DNA of 64,000 bases from the NCBI GenBank assembly GCA_951406725.2, contig OX597826.1, positions 37,448,001 through 37,512,000 on the forward strand. The letters run 5' to 3'. Below the pieces are notes generated by a model. The model was not told the DNA's origin, searched no databases, and was given only the letters and a program-made list of their open reading frames with translations. Shown here in pieces: positions 12,361-27,496 of this stretch. The position numbers were made by a program, and so were the translations under genes. Source of the DNA: Octopus vulgaris (lineage: Eukaryota). Position 1 is the first letter of the stretch. Each line of letters starts with the position of its first letter.

Positions 12361-13765
12361 TCTTGTATTTCGTTTTTTTTTTTTTTTGCATAAAATGTTT
12401 CTTGTGAACCTCTGTACAAGGCATCATATGGTACAATATTAACTTGATACACAATCGATTCTGTTTCAATACTGTGTTGTAAAATACAATGGTTTCTCAG
12501 AAGATTTTTAACGTATAATGAGAATTTGTTTTCTATACACTATCGTCCATTAAACAATGATTTCTATTAAGGACGGTATTCACAATCAATATTTTTTCCT
12601 TCAAAAAGTCGCCATACAACGCGCTCTGTGTTATATGATATAACAATTTCCCTATACAAAGCATTTTGTAGGTAATACATTCTGTGAAATAGTGCGGTAC
12701 GCCAGACGATTATGTTTGCGAGTTAATGTAAGTATCAAATAATATGGCCAGTCATTCAGAAAGATTTATCAAAAAACTGTATCTTGGGACCCTGTGTATT
12801 TTCAAGTCATTGCACTTCTTAACTACCATTGCATTGCAAAGCATGCCATTACGGAATATTTGTTTGTAGAATATTAATTTAAATATTCAGCCACATTTTA
12901 TTAAATCCACCACTGAATATACCAGTAAGGAAGGAAATTTCATTGCAGTGGAACAATCTTCACAAATAAAAGCAAAGTCTCTCTCAAATTCTATTCCATG
13001 ATGAAAAGGGGGGATGACTCATTAATACTGTAAGCTTTGATATTCTCAAAATGGTTTGATGTTCACGAATGGAATGGCTTTAATATAAGTTTGTTCTATC
13101 ACGTTAATTAACAGTAACAAGATTAGACAGAAACTTCGTCTTGCATAAAAAAGATGGTGGTCAATTGGCAGAACGGTTAGAGGGTTAGGGCAAAATACTT
13201 TGATGTATTTGTTTTGACTCAATCTTGTCTGAGTTCAAGACCCACCTAGGTTAAACTTGAGGGGTTTTGAATTTATTGCAGCTTTTCCAGCATATGGACC
13301 GATTCTTGCTCGCACGCTGTCCCAATCATTTTCTTTTCTTCAGTGACCCACCTGGCTAGTTGTGTGTGTGTGAGTGTGTAATATGTTTCTGTACTAGTGA
13401 ATAGGCATATCTGTGTGTGTTCTTATCTTTAACCCCAAACAGTGTATTAGCATGTTCGTAAATGAAAGACAGCCTAGTAATTCGATAAATAGAAATCGAT
13501 GAAAAAAGTACAGATTAAAACAATGAAATATAGTACTAAAACATGCAAATTCAATTGGCACCAACGCATTGTGGGAATGGAGCAAAAACAAATAAGTTGT
13601 ACATGCGTGTTTCTAGTGACATCTACTGAGGCTAAATTTGATAAATGATGAGACTAATTCAAAGAAGATTTAGAATTTAATAACCTTTCCCCGCATCAGA
13701 TACATTTATTTAATTTAACGCCGTTGTGTAATCTAGAAATTATTACGAAACCCGAAGAGATATCC

Positions 13766-13972
13766 TTTTCTACTCTAGGCACAAGGCCGGAAACTTTGGG
13801 GGAGGGAGGCGAGTAGTTTTGATCGACCCCTGTACGCAACTGGTACTTAATTTATCGACCCCAAAAGGATGAAAGCCAAAGTCGACCTCGACAGAATCTG
13901 AACTCAGAACGTAAGGATAGACGAAATACCGCTAAGCATTTCACCCGGCATGCTAACGTTTCTGCCAGCTCG
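13766..13972 (-). mobile_element. SINE family A (monomer copy)
   Basis: TTCTACTCTAGGCACAAGGCC...CTGGTACTTAATTTATCGACCCC...AAAGTCGACCTCG...GCTAACGTTTCTGCCAGCTCG, homologous to the 11840 and 23562 copies. Confidence 0.9.
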
Positions 13973-15520
13973 TTTCTGCCTGTTAAACGCAAAGACATAT
14001 TCTCAGTCTATAATGTGGATATAGTTCAGATAGAAGTAGTTATTGTTTTATTTATTAATTTTGTTTTAGCTAGATGGGTGAGTGGTCGGTCAGTATTTAT
14101 AACCATTTACAAGGGTTACGAGCTTGGTGGGAAGAAAATAGAAGATGTTTTAAAATTGAAAACCTATATCAAATGCTTGCTACAGAAAGGCGTTCCTTAA
14201 TGGCACCAAGGTACCAGGTAGAGACGATAAAATGGACAACCTTTTATCCTAAGATCCATAGCTTCATCGCCATAATCTAGGTATGGGCTTACGAGCTTCG
14301 TTCTTATTACAGCGGTGTCAAGTAACTGACAGACTAATTTGTCAAAAGGTCTCCATTTCACTAATTGGTATTGATTTCACAAAATATATGGTGTTTATGT
14401 ACAAACTGATTCGCTGGTAATGATTTCTAACTAATGTTTGGTATGTTTGTCTTTAATTGGAATCATATTATATAAGTTGTCGATGATTTATAAACTGATG
14501 TTTTTATTTGTGCACACATTGAATAAAATATAGAGATTTTTGATTGGTTATTAATGTAAGGATATTTATAATGAATATAGCCCACTTCAGCTGAGCTCAA
14601 CTAGTTCTTGACAAAGTTTGCTGTGAACTTTTAAAGAATCTTGCCAAAAGCCATCATATGTGCACGGAGGTCAACTACGGGTAGCAATTTCCACTACCTG
14701 AAGCTGAAATAACAATTGTCTTCACCAGCTATTGTCTTATAACAACTTAATTGGTTTTCTCTTCTTATTGCAAGACATAGTCAATTAAAAGCCTGCTACT
14801 TTAACCCCCTATCGTTCCCGATATAGCTTGAATATTCCTATCATTATCACGCCTTCGCCGGCGCTATTTGCAAACTTAATTATCTTGATACGTTTTATAT
14901 ACAATGTCAAAGATGTTAAGTAACCAAGTATTGGCTACATTGTATCAGTGCAAATTTGTATCATCCACAGGATGTTTAAAAGGAAATGCACACTGAGCTT
15001 GAGCTCTATTTCATGCTTATATCAGCTTTAAAACGATAACACATAATCACACATATACATAGATAGATAATTAGAAAGAGAGACAGAGACAGACAGTCAG
15101 ATAGTCAGACAGCCAGACAGACAGAAATATATATATTTCAGTGTGAAAAAAAAAACCAAGGCTGTGAAGATTTTAGAACAATTATAGGAGACGGTGTGAG
15201 AAGATGGTTAAGCAATAGTTAATTTAGATAAGATACGCAATAGAGAGTGGAATGGAGGAATGAAAATAGATGTGAGATATGCAGAGATATTGCAATTTTA
15301 GCTCTATTATTTAGGTAGAATGGTATACATACCTTGTGAGTAAAATCCAATACTATCTAAAATTGGTCATTCCAAGTATAGAGTTTGTAGATATTGCTAT
15401 TGAATCAAGGGTTTTAAATAACACTTACATAGCACTTACTCAGCATTACCTGACACCTTGTGGATCTTACTGACACCATAACCTCTCATAACCTCCATTT
15501 CTCTCTCTCTCTCTCTCTCT

Positions 15521-15575
<55 letters not shown>

Positions 15576-15861
15576 TACAGATTTTTGGTAATAAGGTGGA
15601 AGCAGTGTAATTTCAAAATATATTACTTAAAGGGGATATACTGTCGAAACCTGCACGATTGTGGTGTTCGTCTCGGAAGAGCATTCTAGTGTTGCAAACG
15701 GCACCGCTGGACGATTTGCGCCTGCTAATGATTTTGCACTGTTTTTCTTCAGTACCGTGCGTCTATACGAGACGCTTTCTCGATACGGATGCAGATGGTA
15801 CGTGGGTCTCAACGAATTATCCACATTAAGTAAGATATTCATTATGATACATTTACAAACA

Positions 15862-15980
<119 letters not shown>

Positions 15981-17130
15981 TTCCTTAATTCTTCCTCTCT
16001 GAAAACGTTGGCTTGTATGGAGATGTTTATTCAATGCAACATGCAGCGCAAGCACAGCTGTTATAGAAACGCCTGTAAGAGACTTTATGTACGACTTTTA
16101 ATCTCTCATTTACTCTAACCACATTTTGTGCCTCTTCCTTCATTCTTCCTAATACATTTACATGTGGGTGAGCGTGGTGTGTGTGTGTGCATGTGTGCCT
16201 GTGTGCCTGTGTGCCTGTGACTCTGTGTGTGTGTATCTGTGTGTCTGTGTCCGTATCTGTGTAACTGTGTCTGTCTGTGTATGTCTATGCGTGTGAGTGC
16301 GTCTGCATGTGTGTCTGTGTGTTTGTATACGTATTTGCTGCTCTCTTGACATGTTATTATGGCAGTGAGAGAGAAACAGAGAGTGAGAAAGTGAGGGGGG
16401 TAAACCTAGGTATTTCAGGGGAGAGAATCACTTCATCTTTTCCTCGTTTTCATGTTGGAAAGAATCATTGTTTATTTTTTGTTTTATTTTTCTTGGTAGA
16501 AGTAAAGGCAAAAGAAGAACATCCATGTTTTATCATATGATCCTTTATCATTACCAGAATGTCTGTGAATGGTCCCATTTCGGCTTTATTAAGCGTTATA
16601 GAACAGATTAGTTGATTAAACAATAATTTGAAACAATAAAAATGATTAAACAATAAAAATGAAAGGCTGACAGGGACCAGCATACATACATATAAATATA
16701 TATGCACAGTGTATGGAGAGTTACTAAAAAAGAATAAAAACATTTAACAGAACATTTCTCAGCGATGGTGACACACGTCTAAAAAGTGGACAGCCAACTT
16801 TTACGTATGTAAAAGTCCAAACTGTGACAAAAAATAATAATCCAACATAATTAGCTCAGTCACCCATTACCAGTTGCATGTCTTTCATATAATCAGGCTG
16901 TTGATTACGCATTATTGATACAGATTGATCCTCACTAACAATATAATCAATATAAACGTCTAATCACTTGATAAACTGTCAAATCAGCTTCCGAGCGATT
17001 TCCATAAAGATTGCGGCACACTAGGTGTTACTAATGGTTTTCTTTCAACACATATGCATCCATGGTTTTTGTGATGGTGCAAACCATTTTAAATTAAAAT
17101 TTCCGTAAAATAATTTTCTTTAAAATCTTT

Positions 17131-17185
<55 letters not shown>

Positions 17186-17440
17186 TTCTCTCTCGCTCAT
17201 TCTCACCCTATTTTCATTTGTCAGTTGCTCCACTTCCTCGGCATTACTATTCCAAATCCTATCTCCTCAGACATCCTTCATTAAGTGGCGCACTTCACAA
17301 TCTTACACCACATTTATCATCAGCCATGCTTTTACTTCCCATGTTTTTTAAATCTCAATTTATTAACTTCATCGCTATTTACTTCGGAATGTATTAATTA
17401 GCAATGGAACTCATTGAGATGTTGGAAAAAGACAAAGCAA

Positions 17441-17475
17441 AAGTAGTAGTAGTAGTAGTAGCAGTAGTAGTAGTA

Positions 17476-17570
<95 letters not shown>
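17441..17570. repeat. (AGT)n microsatellite
   Basis: ~43 AGT units. Confidence 0.95.
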
Positions 17571-20278
17571 TGCAAAAATAAGTGCATAAGTCGATAAGGC
17601 TGACGCACTGATATGTGATAAATCCAAATAGAAATTCTACAAAAAGTGCAAAACCATAGTTTTATCTTTCTTAATGTATAGACCGAAAATCCAGTTTTAA
17701 ATCCTTCTCTTGAAAAATCTCAAAACAAAGACGTATTTACAATGTAACATGAGGTTTATTGAGAAGAAGAGACAATGTCTTGTACTAATCTGTGTTGTTG
17801 ACGACTTTGCAATATTTGTAAAATGCTTCTGTATTTTGTTTATATTTTTTAAGAGTTTTATGGCTTTTTGTCACAGATTAAACGAAAATTGTGCATCGGA
17901 AATATTTCAAAGACTTGTAATCTGATTAGTTCTTTATCGAGTTAATGTTTTTTAAATTCACCAAAGAGATTTACAAAATACTTTTAGAGGCTTTTCCTAG
18001 AAAATTAACTCATTATCAGCTTTTATTAACATACATATATTTCTTGATTTTTGTCCAGAATCGACAGCTTAAGAGTTGGCCAATCACCAATTTCCATTTA
18101 TTGCATATTCTGCGTTCGTTCTGGCGAATAGTTTCGCTTAACATCTAATTAATACTTCTACGAATGTTTATGACCTGTTACTCGTTTTTTTATATTCTAT
18201 TCATACCAATATCTATATACCAACTATTTTGAGAACTTCTTTTTTTCTAGTTTCAGCTCAGAGCTGCAAGTCATGATGATGCACCGCCGTTTGAATATAA
18301 TCGTAGCGTCTTTTAATTAACCCTAATATTTTGTTCAGAATTTCGGTTTACTTATTGCAGTAACACAACTGTTCGTTATCATAATTATGTCAGTTGATTA
18401 AAAGATTTAATTCTGGATATTTTCTTTCATTTTACTAGTTTCAGTGACTGTATTGCAGACATGCTTTAACACCATTTGTGAGGAAGGGACTTAATAGATC
18501 AAATGGATACCAATATCTTGTTTAGGACTTATGTTATCAACCTACGAAGCGATTAAAGTCAAAGTCATAGAATTTAACATTATACAAAAACATATTATTA
18601 ATAAGAATACTAAATTAATAAGTTAATAATTTCATTTCGATATGTCCCGTAGAAATTCAAGTAATTTGAGTAGGTCTAAATATATATCAATATTCTCATT
18701 TCCAATATGTATTCACTTTCAAAAGAAGTTATTTTCCAGTTCCACAACATATGACGATTCAATAAGAGGTCGAATATATAGCAATATTCTGCAAAAGTGT
18801 TATTGTTCTGTTAAAGGATTTGAAACCGTGGCCCTTAATCGAAACCATACCTTTCTGTCATTAATCCCTGAATGTATTTTGGCAATGTCTGGACTGTAGA
18901 CATTAGTGAGAAGTGACAATCTACAACTATTGCGCCTCAGTGTCCGGTCAAGAAGTAATTGAATCCGTAATTGTCACGTTGGAAGTGATTCGCTGCATTT
19001 CAAATCAACCATTTTGCAATCAAGTGAAATAATGATGCCTTTCTCTTCAATCCTTCGATAAATGTGTTAATTTTCCTGGTTTTAAATATAACCCGTAGTG
19101 GTCAAAATAATATTTATAGCGCCAATTATTTCTCATTGGCTATTTTAGCACGTTTCATTCGTTAACTTCACAGTAAAAATGTCTTTCTTTGATAGTTACC
19201 ATGAGTAAAATGTTGATACGGAGATATGAACACTGATTCTATTGATAAAAACAGTTAACGAAATGAAATACTTCATTAAGGACTCAAGATGTTTATGAAA
19301 AACATTTTCCTATTTAGAATCACCTCAATTATTTTAAAAGAACTATGAATAGTGAGATGATCACTGTTTGTGTGTGCGTGCGTGTTCATTCTGATGGTGA
19401 CCAGTCTCTCCGAATATAGGGAATTCAATGTAGTTCATGAACTAGTTTCAATATCATAACTATCATAAGCTCTTGATATCATAAACCTCTCTCTTCACTT
19501 ACGACACTAATGTCGTTTAGATAGGCGATTTACCCTCATTCCTCTTAGTACTAAATATGAGACGTTCGTGTACCGTAATTGATCAACGTGTACTTGTTGG
19601 TGGGTGGCGAGCAGAGCAGAGGTAGATTTAAGTTCATAACAGCTTTGAGACCACCACTAGATTTCTCGTTCAAGTTTAAATGCAGTTTAGTTTGTATCTA
19701 CATCAATGCGCGTATGAAAAGCCTTTACGGGGTATATTTCAAAATACATGTTAACAATAAGTATCTGCAGAAATGAAATAATTGTCGCTACTATTTATAT
19801 AGTCGGTATTTATAAGTAAGATTTACGAGAGATAATTTCTCGTTTGTGAATATATGTTGTATGAAAGATATATCAGTATATGTATCCAAACATATTCAAT
19901 ATACATATATACACGCACAAACACATACTACAAACTACTAGTTAAACACCTTTTTACTGACCATCCTCCTACGCACATGTGAAGAGAGACACACAAAAGA
20001 CAGCCACTCATACCAAAAGTTCTTAGTGTAAATTCTTAAGCGACACAAAGTCCACTCACACACATATAAACAGCTAAAATCACACACAAACACACACACA
20101 CACATACACGTGCTATAATTACACACAGACCTACGCGGACACACACATCCACACATACACACATATCTCCTTCTTTTGCGCTCTCTCGTCTTTCCTTTCC
20201 GGTCATTTCAAAATGTAACCACGTTTGTATCGTTGGCGATTTTCTACCCTCGTTATCCCTACCTTTGGACTTTCCTCT

Positions 20279-20313
20279 ATTTCTGAAGAAGAGCTTTGCT
20301 CGAAACGTTAAAT
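20279..20313 (+). ncRNA. Minimal type I hammerhead ribozyme motif (35 nt)
   Basis: AUUU CUGAAGA A GAGC-UUU-GCUC GAA ACGU U AAAU. 4-bp stem I, perfect 4-bp stem II, palindromic ACGU stem III. Confidence 0.7.
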
Positions 20314-21499
20314 CCTATGTGAGTGGGGACTGTTTATGTTTAGTAGCAAGTTGACTGAGTTCCAAGTAACGTAATGTTTTGTAGGAGAAAATAGGAGCCC
20401 GTATCTTTAGAAAGGAAAAAGAACTTTAAGGTGAGGTACAACTATTTCGGTCTCAATTGTTCAGATCAGGTCCCCTAAATAATTTATTTTATTATACAAG
20501 ATTGAGGAAAGAGTCTGTTAGCGTCAAGTAGTCGGTTTGAAAGTTCAGCGACATCATTTATGGTTGAGGAACAAGCCTTTCTGCGTAGTGAGAAACATGA
20601 TCTTGTGGTCTCAGGTTAAGTATTTGTTTGCATGCCAAGTATAACTGGTCGTGAAATATTAGCAGGGTAATGCTTATTGATGATGACGATGATGAGGATA
20701 TGCAAAGCGATAGTAAACTCACTATACAAGGATTGTATAGTCTGGAAGTGAACCAAAGTATGCAAAGCAGAAGCAATTTTTCATGGTATATCTAGAGTGA
20801 ATGCTTCGAAATTCGTGAACAGTTTATTCTGGTGACAAAAATGTAGAATAAATCAGTTTAAATCAGTTTTCTACTTGAGTGATAATACAGTTTTTTATGT
20901 ATATACAGAGAATTATAAGTTCAGGGAAAGTCGTTGGCTTGGAATCGAGTTTTCACGGGAAACACATGAAGGTGTTGTTTCCCTCGTCTCAATTCCTAAC
21001 AGAATGCATGTCTGGTGTAATTCTTCATTTGAAACCACTCGTAGTCATACCATTGCAATATCGCTAGATGTCATACGATGGTGTAAAGGTTTCTCTATAG
21101 ACCACTGGTAGTTACATAATGTAATCTATGCAACATATTTATTTCTGTTGTAGCGTGCGACATTATTTATGCATGAATAGTTATCCTTAACCTCATGAGC
21201 ATTATTATCATTAACTGTATTTAGTAAATGCTGCCTAATCAGTGATAGAATGACTTTAGTAACATTAGTGATGCATCAATATTTAATGGAAGGAATGGAC
21301 CAGATTACTTTCTCTTTCTAATACTTGGGATTTGATTATCTTCAACGTATTAACATATCAATAAAGCCGCATGTAGCTTGCCTCTTATTACCATCGTTTG
21401 CGATCGTGTTAAAATCCTTTTGTCCGCCAACAGAGAATTTTTCTGTTGGCTTCCTTACTTGGGTTTCTAGTCACTGAAGTTTCTCTGAATATAAACAGC

Positions 21500-21970
21500 T
21501 TCCTTGTTAGGCGTTACGTAGAATCAGAATGTCTAGTCTTGTAGTCTGGCATGACATCCAGCAAGTTGAGTTTGGTAAAGTTGGTGCTGTCAGTTCAACT
21601 TAGGTACAATTTAAATATGTATATATCTATAATGAATACTGAATCTGACCAAAAACGTGGCCGTTTCTATGGCCAAAGATTCCGGACTGTCATCCCTGTA
21701 CAGAGCTAAACTGTATGTAACTTTAGGTTATCCCGGACTAATGTTCCGCTTCAGTCAGAGATCTAGGCCTCGTCGTAATCTTCAATGAATACTATGATAT
21801 CCATGACAATGCTAGTAACACTAAGAAGTGAGCTTTTATCCCTCCTCCGACTCATTACCATACCCAACCATGCCCTGCTAATATTACACGTGACAGTTGT
21901 CGTTAGTAGATCAACTGATATGTAAATTAACACCAAAAGACCGGTTATCGGTAGCATCTCTAGCATCGTC
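21500..21970 (-). mobile_element. Decayed RTE-like LINE 3' remnant
   Basis: ORF 21763-21966 DLLTTTVTCNISRAWLGMVMSRRRDKSSLL resembles the RTE C-terminal LLTTVKRRKLAWFGHVTRRDSL pattern. Confidence 0.5.
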
Positions 21971-22334
21971 TTACTTTACACTGTACGTATACAGACGCTT
22001 AAATGTTGTGTCACTCCCTTATTAAGAAATCGAAACTTCAAACGGACAGAGATTTACTTACGTTTATTCACTAGTTAGTATGTATCATTCTACTTCTCCC
22101 TCTTTTCACTCCATCTGATATATTGCCAAGCATTCACAGCTCCATACTAGAGGAGCAACATTGTGATTATGCTCAGAACGCTCAACAATTGAATGAAATT
22201 CTTCATTGAAATTTTCTTCAAGTGTTCTCCGAGCATATATACACTTTTTTAATCGGGAACATTCGACCGAAAGAAGTAATATGAAACAACCTACCTTCTC
22301 TATATATGTCTGCATATATCTTTGCTTATGTGTA

Positions 22335-22402
<68 letters not shown>

Positions 22403-23020
22403 ACACACACACATACATATATAAACACATATATGTGTGTATATAGATAGATAGATAGATACATACATACATACGTACGTACATATATGTACACACACAC
22501 ACACACACACACACATACGTATACATGCACGCACACCTAACACTTCAAATCGATCTCACACATTAGATCAATCAGCTGAGGGCTAAACTGAAACACAAAA
22601 CAATGAACCTCTTATTAATTCCACGGTCAAGTTCAAGTATTTTTCTTGAACAGAAATTGCAAAATAAATTTGTTTACGTGCTAAATGTGTTTGCATTCCC
22701 CTCGAGAAGAATCCATAAGTTAAATGGCAACTGTCCGTGCAGCGCGCTTTAGTGCAGTTACCATTCCTCAGGCTAAATTTGTTGCATGGACTCACAGTGC
22801 TATGTCATCGAAGGCCAAAGGCCTGTGTATTTATTCTGTACATTTACACTGTACATTCAACACTTATATATTTAATTTTCCTTTCCTGCTTAATTCATTT
22901 GTGTAACTTCAATTTTTATAGTAGTCTGTTATATCTTCACTAAATGTTAGTGTATATACGTGTGTTTAAATTTAATTATATATACGCATGTGTACGTATG
23001 TGTTTGTGTATATATATATA

Positions 23021-23078
<58 letters not shown>

Positions 23079-23561
23079 CATACATATATCTGTATGTATA
23101 GTTGTATGAATACGCGTGTGCACGTTTAGAGTGAGAAAGAATAAGAGGGTTGGAGTGAGTGAGAGGAATAAAAATCGAGAGGTCATAGTCACATAGATAT
23201 ACCTTTGTTCATCGAAGTCTTTTATGTTACTATAAACGGAACGCCTCTCTCACCAGACAACAAATCTTCACCAAACATCTTTTCTAAAATATATTTATAA
23301 TTCCAAAATATTCTTCTTCTGAAATATCTTATACTTAGGAACATAAATTATTTTGTGTTTCAACTATGATAATCTATTTCGTGCAACGCTCTTACCAAGC
23401 CAACAGTTATTTCCTTTCAAAGCTTTGTCAATGTAATAAGCTGGCATCAATACATTCTTTAATTGCTAGATTTTACGGAGTAGTTTTGTCTATACTCAGA
23501 AACCTGTTTTTCGTGGTTAGAGAGATTACGCTACTTATAAACTTAATTTTACATACTTCAT

Positions 23562-23958
23562 ATTCTCTACTCTAGGCACAAGGCCCGAAATTTGGAGGGA
23601 AGGGGCCAGTCGATTAGATCGGTCCTAGTACGCAACTGGTACTTTATTTATCGACCCCGAAAGGATGAAAGGCAAAGTCGACCTCCGATGAATTTGAACT
23701 CCGAATGTAAAGACAGACGAAATACCTATTTCTTTTCTACCCTCAAGGGGCTAAACACAAACGGGACAAACAAGGACAGACAAATGGATTAGGTCGATTA
23801 CATCGACCCCACTGCGTAACTGGTGCTTGATTTATCGACCCCAAATGGATGAAAGGCAAAGTCGACCTCGGCGGAATTTGAAATCAGAATGTAACGGCAG
23901 ACGAAATACGGCTATGCATTTCGCCCGGCGTGCTAACGTTTCTGCCAGCTCGCCGCCT
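23562..23958 (-). mobile_element. SINE family A, internally dimeric copy
   Basis: Reverse-complement homologue of 11840-12236 with the same two-block structure. TSD-like ACATACTT at 23551-23558 and 23965-23972. Confidence 0.92.
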
Positions 23959-24517
23959 TATTTGACATACTTAATGATACACAAATGATGGGCCTGTGAT
24001 GAACATTTATTGTTTTACCATGCTTTCGCTAAACCTCATGTTCATAACGAAGCGCATAATTTCTTCAGAGTATATAAATGTTAACGGTAGTTTTTACCTT
24101 AAAGCTCTCCTGTCATTCTACATGTAGACAGTGGTTTTGTGAGTAACAGTTATTTGAACGCAGTAATACACACCATTATACGTCTTCTCCCGCATCCTGT
24201 CTCCGCCTCTTTATATCGACGATAAAATCAGGCGTTGTTAGCAAGGATTTATGTTTAAATACTTTATCATTTTATTGATTTTTTATTCTATGTCCATTCC
24301 GTTATGGTTGCAAAGATATTGTTTACCGCCCCCTCTCTCTCTCCGCATCTGTTTATTTATCTATTTCTTTTTCTTTACTGTATATTCAAATATATATATA
24401 TATATACATATATATGGTATAAAGGTGGTATATATACATATACATATGTACTTATATACATATATATATATATATATATACACGTGTGTATACATATATA
24501 TCTGTGTATGTATACAT

Positions 24518-24557
<40 letters not shown>

Positions 24558-27496
24558 ATGTATGTATTCTGCAAGCCGTCTTGAAAGTGAGGAAAATATA
24601 GCCGTAGTACAATGTTAATGCAAATACTACTTCACATTAGACGTTTGAAGTTTCCTTCTCTTCATATAGATAGGCGATCGTTGGAAATAATCTGCAGTTC
24701 AGTGTTTAGTGATAGTTACGGATTTAGAGATAGAAATGTAAGACGTATGATGTGAAGCCGTACTTTTCAAATATGGCGAAACATCTTGACGGTAGAGAGA
24801 CAAATATTTTAGACTGTCACTGTAATAGTGTCGGTTAATGTATCAATGACGATGATGATTATATGTGAAAGATTTTCTCAGTCTAAAACGTTTTCAAATC
24901 AAGTGAATGATTTGTTTTTGATTGCAGTCTGTAGTATGCAAATGTATAACTATATTATTTGTACTTTTCTATATATACACTTGATATCATATTCCAACGG
25001 TGTATTGGCGGTTTGTATTTAAGACCCTTCTCTTATATTTCATATTATGTATTCTATACTATGTATACTTTTATATGTTATGATATCTACTCTATCACCC
25101 GTTGTCTACTTTGACAGCATCAAAAATTTAAATGATATCTTACATGGAAGTAACAGCTGTTCCTTAATAATAAACGTAATATTACACAACATACACAAAC
25201 ATATATTCTGGGCAGCCTTACTTCTTATGTATCCGAAAGAAGTAGGTTTCTGAAGAATAGTTTAGTGTATTTAATTAAATAATAGTTAGCGTCGACTTTC
25301 AAAAAATCCCCTGTTTTTTTATTAAAATTCAATTTGGTAATTTCTAATGCTTCTCCTCGTATTTATTGTCTTGTGATAACACACATCTTTAGAAGATAAT
25401 TGGTGTGCGTGGTGGTATGTTTCAGATGTTTGCTTCACAGTAGTATGAGGTTCAATCTCAGTCTATGGCAGCAGAAGAACGTGAATTCTACAAAGTTGAT
25501 GAAAACTTTGTAAGTGAAGTATGAAGAGACACAGTGTGCAGCGCCGTCAGAGGGTATTGTTAGTGTTTTGTGAGATTTAAACTGTCCTCCAAACGATGAA
25601 ATTTCGCACGGTTATTATATATATATATATATATATATTCCCTTGTCATATTATTTCATATCTTCTGGGTATGACCTCAAATTCGTGAAGGAAAAAAAAT
25701 GATTTTCATCATTTTCAATTTCCTAAATTTAAAACCTCGAAAGAAATATCTCCTGAATTCTATTTTTTAAGTTACCACTGGCTACATTGCTCCTCTACTA
25801 TGGAGTTGTGAATGCTTGGCAATATATCAGAGGCCAGGTACTGAAACTTGATCTCCCATAGCACAGTGTTATAATTCCGTGAAAGGAACTGGCTGCAAAT
25901 AAGACGTTCTGAACAAATGGCAAAGATGGTGTCTCAACAATTGAGTGTTTCTCTAAGCATTACACACTTCGTCACGGTACCCAAGTGACTTTGATCAAGA
26001 GATTATAGATCGCAGAAGCCATGAAAGTGGATGTTGCACCATACGAGGATAGTTTCTTCTAAATCAATTTCACATCGAAATTTGGTTACATTTCATATCC
26101 CACGTATCTCCTTTTATATTGCTTAACCCTTTTTTCAGTAAGAAAAACGAGACACGAGGAATAAACAGTTATTGAAGAGGTCACAGAATGTGCGACGAAA
26201 GAGCTTTCACAAAGGAACAAAAATAATAGTATCAAAACAAGATCATTGATCAAATCACTTCCCAGGCATAATTCCAAAAGTCCCACTGAAAATAAATAAG
26301 TTTGAGTTGTATTCCTGGTTTCGTAAATCCCTGTTCTCATATATTTATAGATGCTGTTTCCATAAATGTTTCAAACTTTCCAACATTGCTTATGGACTAA
26401 ATAGGGTGACATCAAATTTAGATGATTTTTTAAAGATTGGTGTGTGCTACTTATGTCTAAAGCGTTGTACTTGAACTATAAAAGGATGATTCTGTTGCCG
26501 TATTATCGCCCTTGATCAGTTTAAGGATTACGTTTTGTATGTAGTTCTATGGCATATCCCTACCATCTCAGATGAATTTAATAAAAATTTGTAATCGAAT
26601 TAACGTAGCCAAAACGCACAGGACTTCCACCATTAGTGCCATTTTATAGGCACTGGACCGCTTAATATTGATATTCTGAAGTAAAAATTCAAATTTAACA
26701 TGAATCGATTGTGTTGGCCTACACCCATTGGACAATACAGTAACCAGCAATATCTTGGAGACTATTGGTAAAATAGTTCAGTTATGCAAGATAAAAACCG
26801 AATTTGAAGAAATCAATGCTAACCAAATTATCTTGATGCTGCGTGTTTGTTTGTTTCATAATTCCCCAATCTGAAGTGAAATGAAGCTGTCCAGACCGGG
26901 CTGTGATTGATGGTCTTCAATATCTCAGGGGTATAATTATTATAAGGCCATTTCAGCAAACGTGAATTAAGTAATTCATGAAATATCGATGTTGTCTTAG
27001 ACAACTAAATAGAGTGCAACTAATAACAATAATAATGTTATTATACTTTCTGATGAAAATTCCAGGCTACACAAATGGCTGACCCGAATCGAAGACAGAG
27101 AGCATTCCTGATGATGATGTTCAATATAATTAAGTCTGACGAGGGATCTGAGTCGATAACCTTTAATTAACTCGAATTCTCTCTTTAATTTTTAGAATTA
27201 AAAAGGGAATATTTGCAGAATGATTAGGATAAATTAATGTATGAGATATTTTGTATAAATTTCATCCTTATTTCTTGATATAAAAAGAATAGTGTTCTGA
27301 CCATTCAAAGGAGACTTTTATATTCCCGATGATGATCCTACTTGAGATACGTAAAGTGACTTTACTGTTCTTTACTTCCACCGAAGACGAACGAAATTAA
27401 ATAAAAACAAGACATTATTTACTCAATACAAACGACAAATAAGGCAATCTTTACATAAATATAACAGCTTATGACAAAGTTGGTGATACTTTGTTG

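Noticed and set aside
22723-22766. Possible pre-miRNA hairpin AATGGCAACTG...CAGTTACCATT
   Set aside because: Only ~11 bp of stem, too short for Drosha/Dicer geometry.
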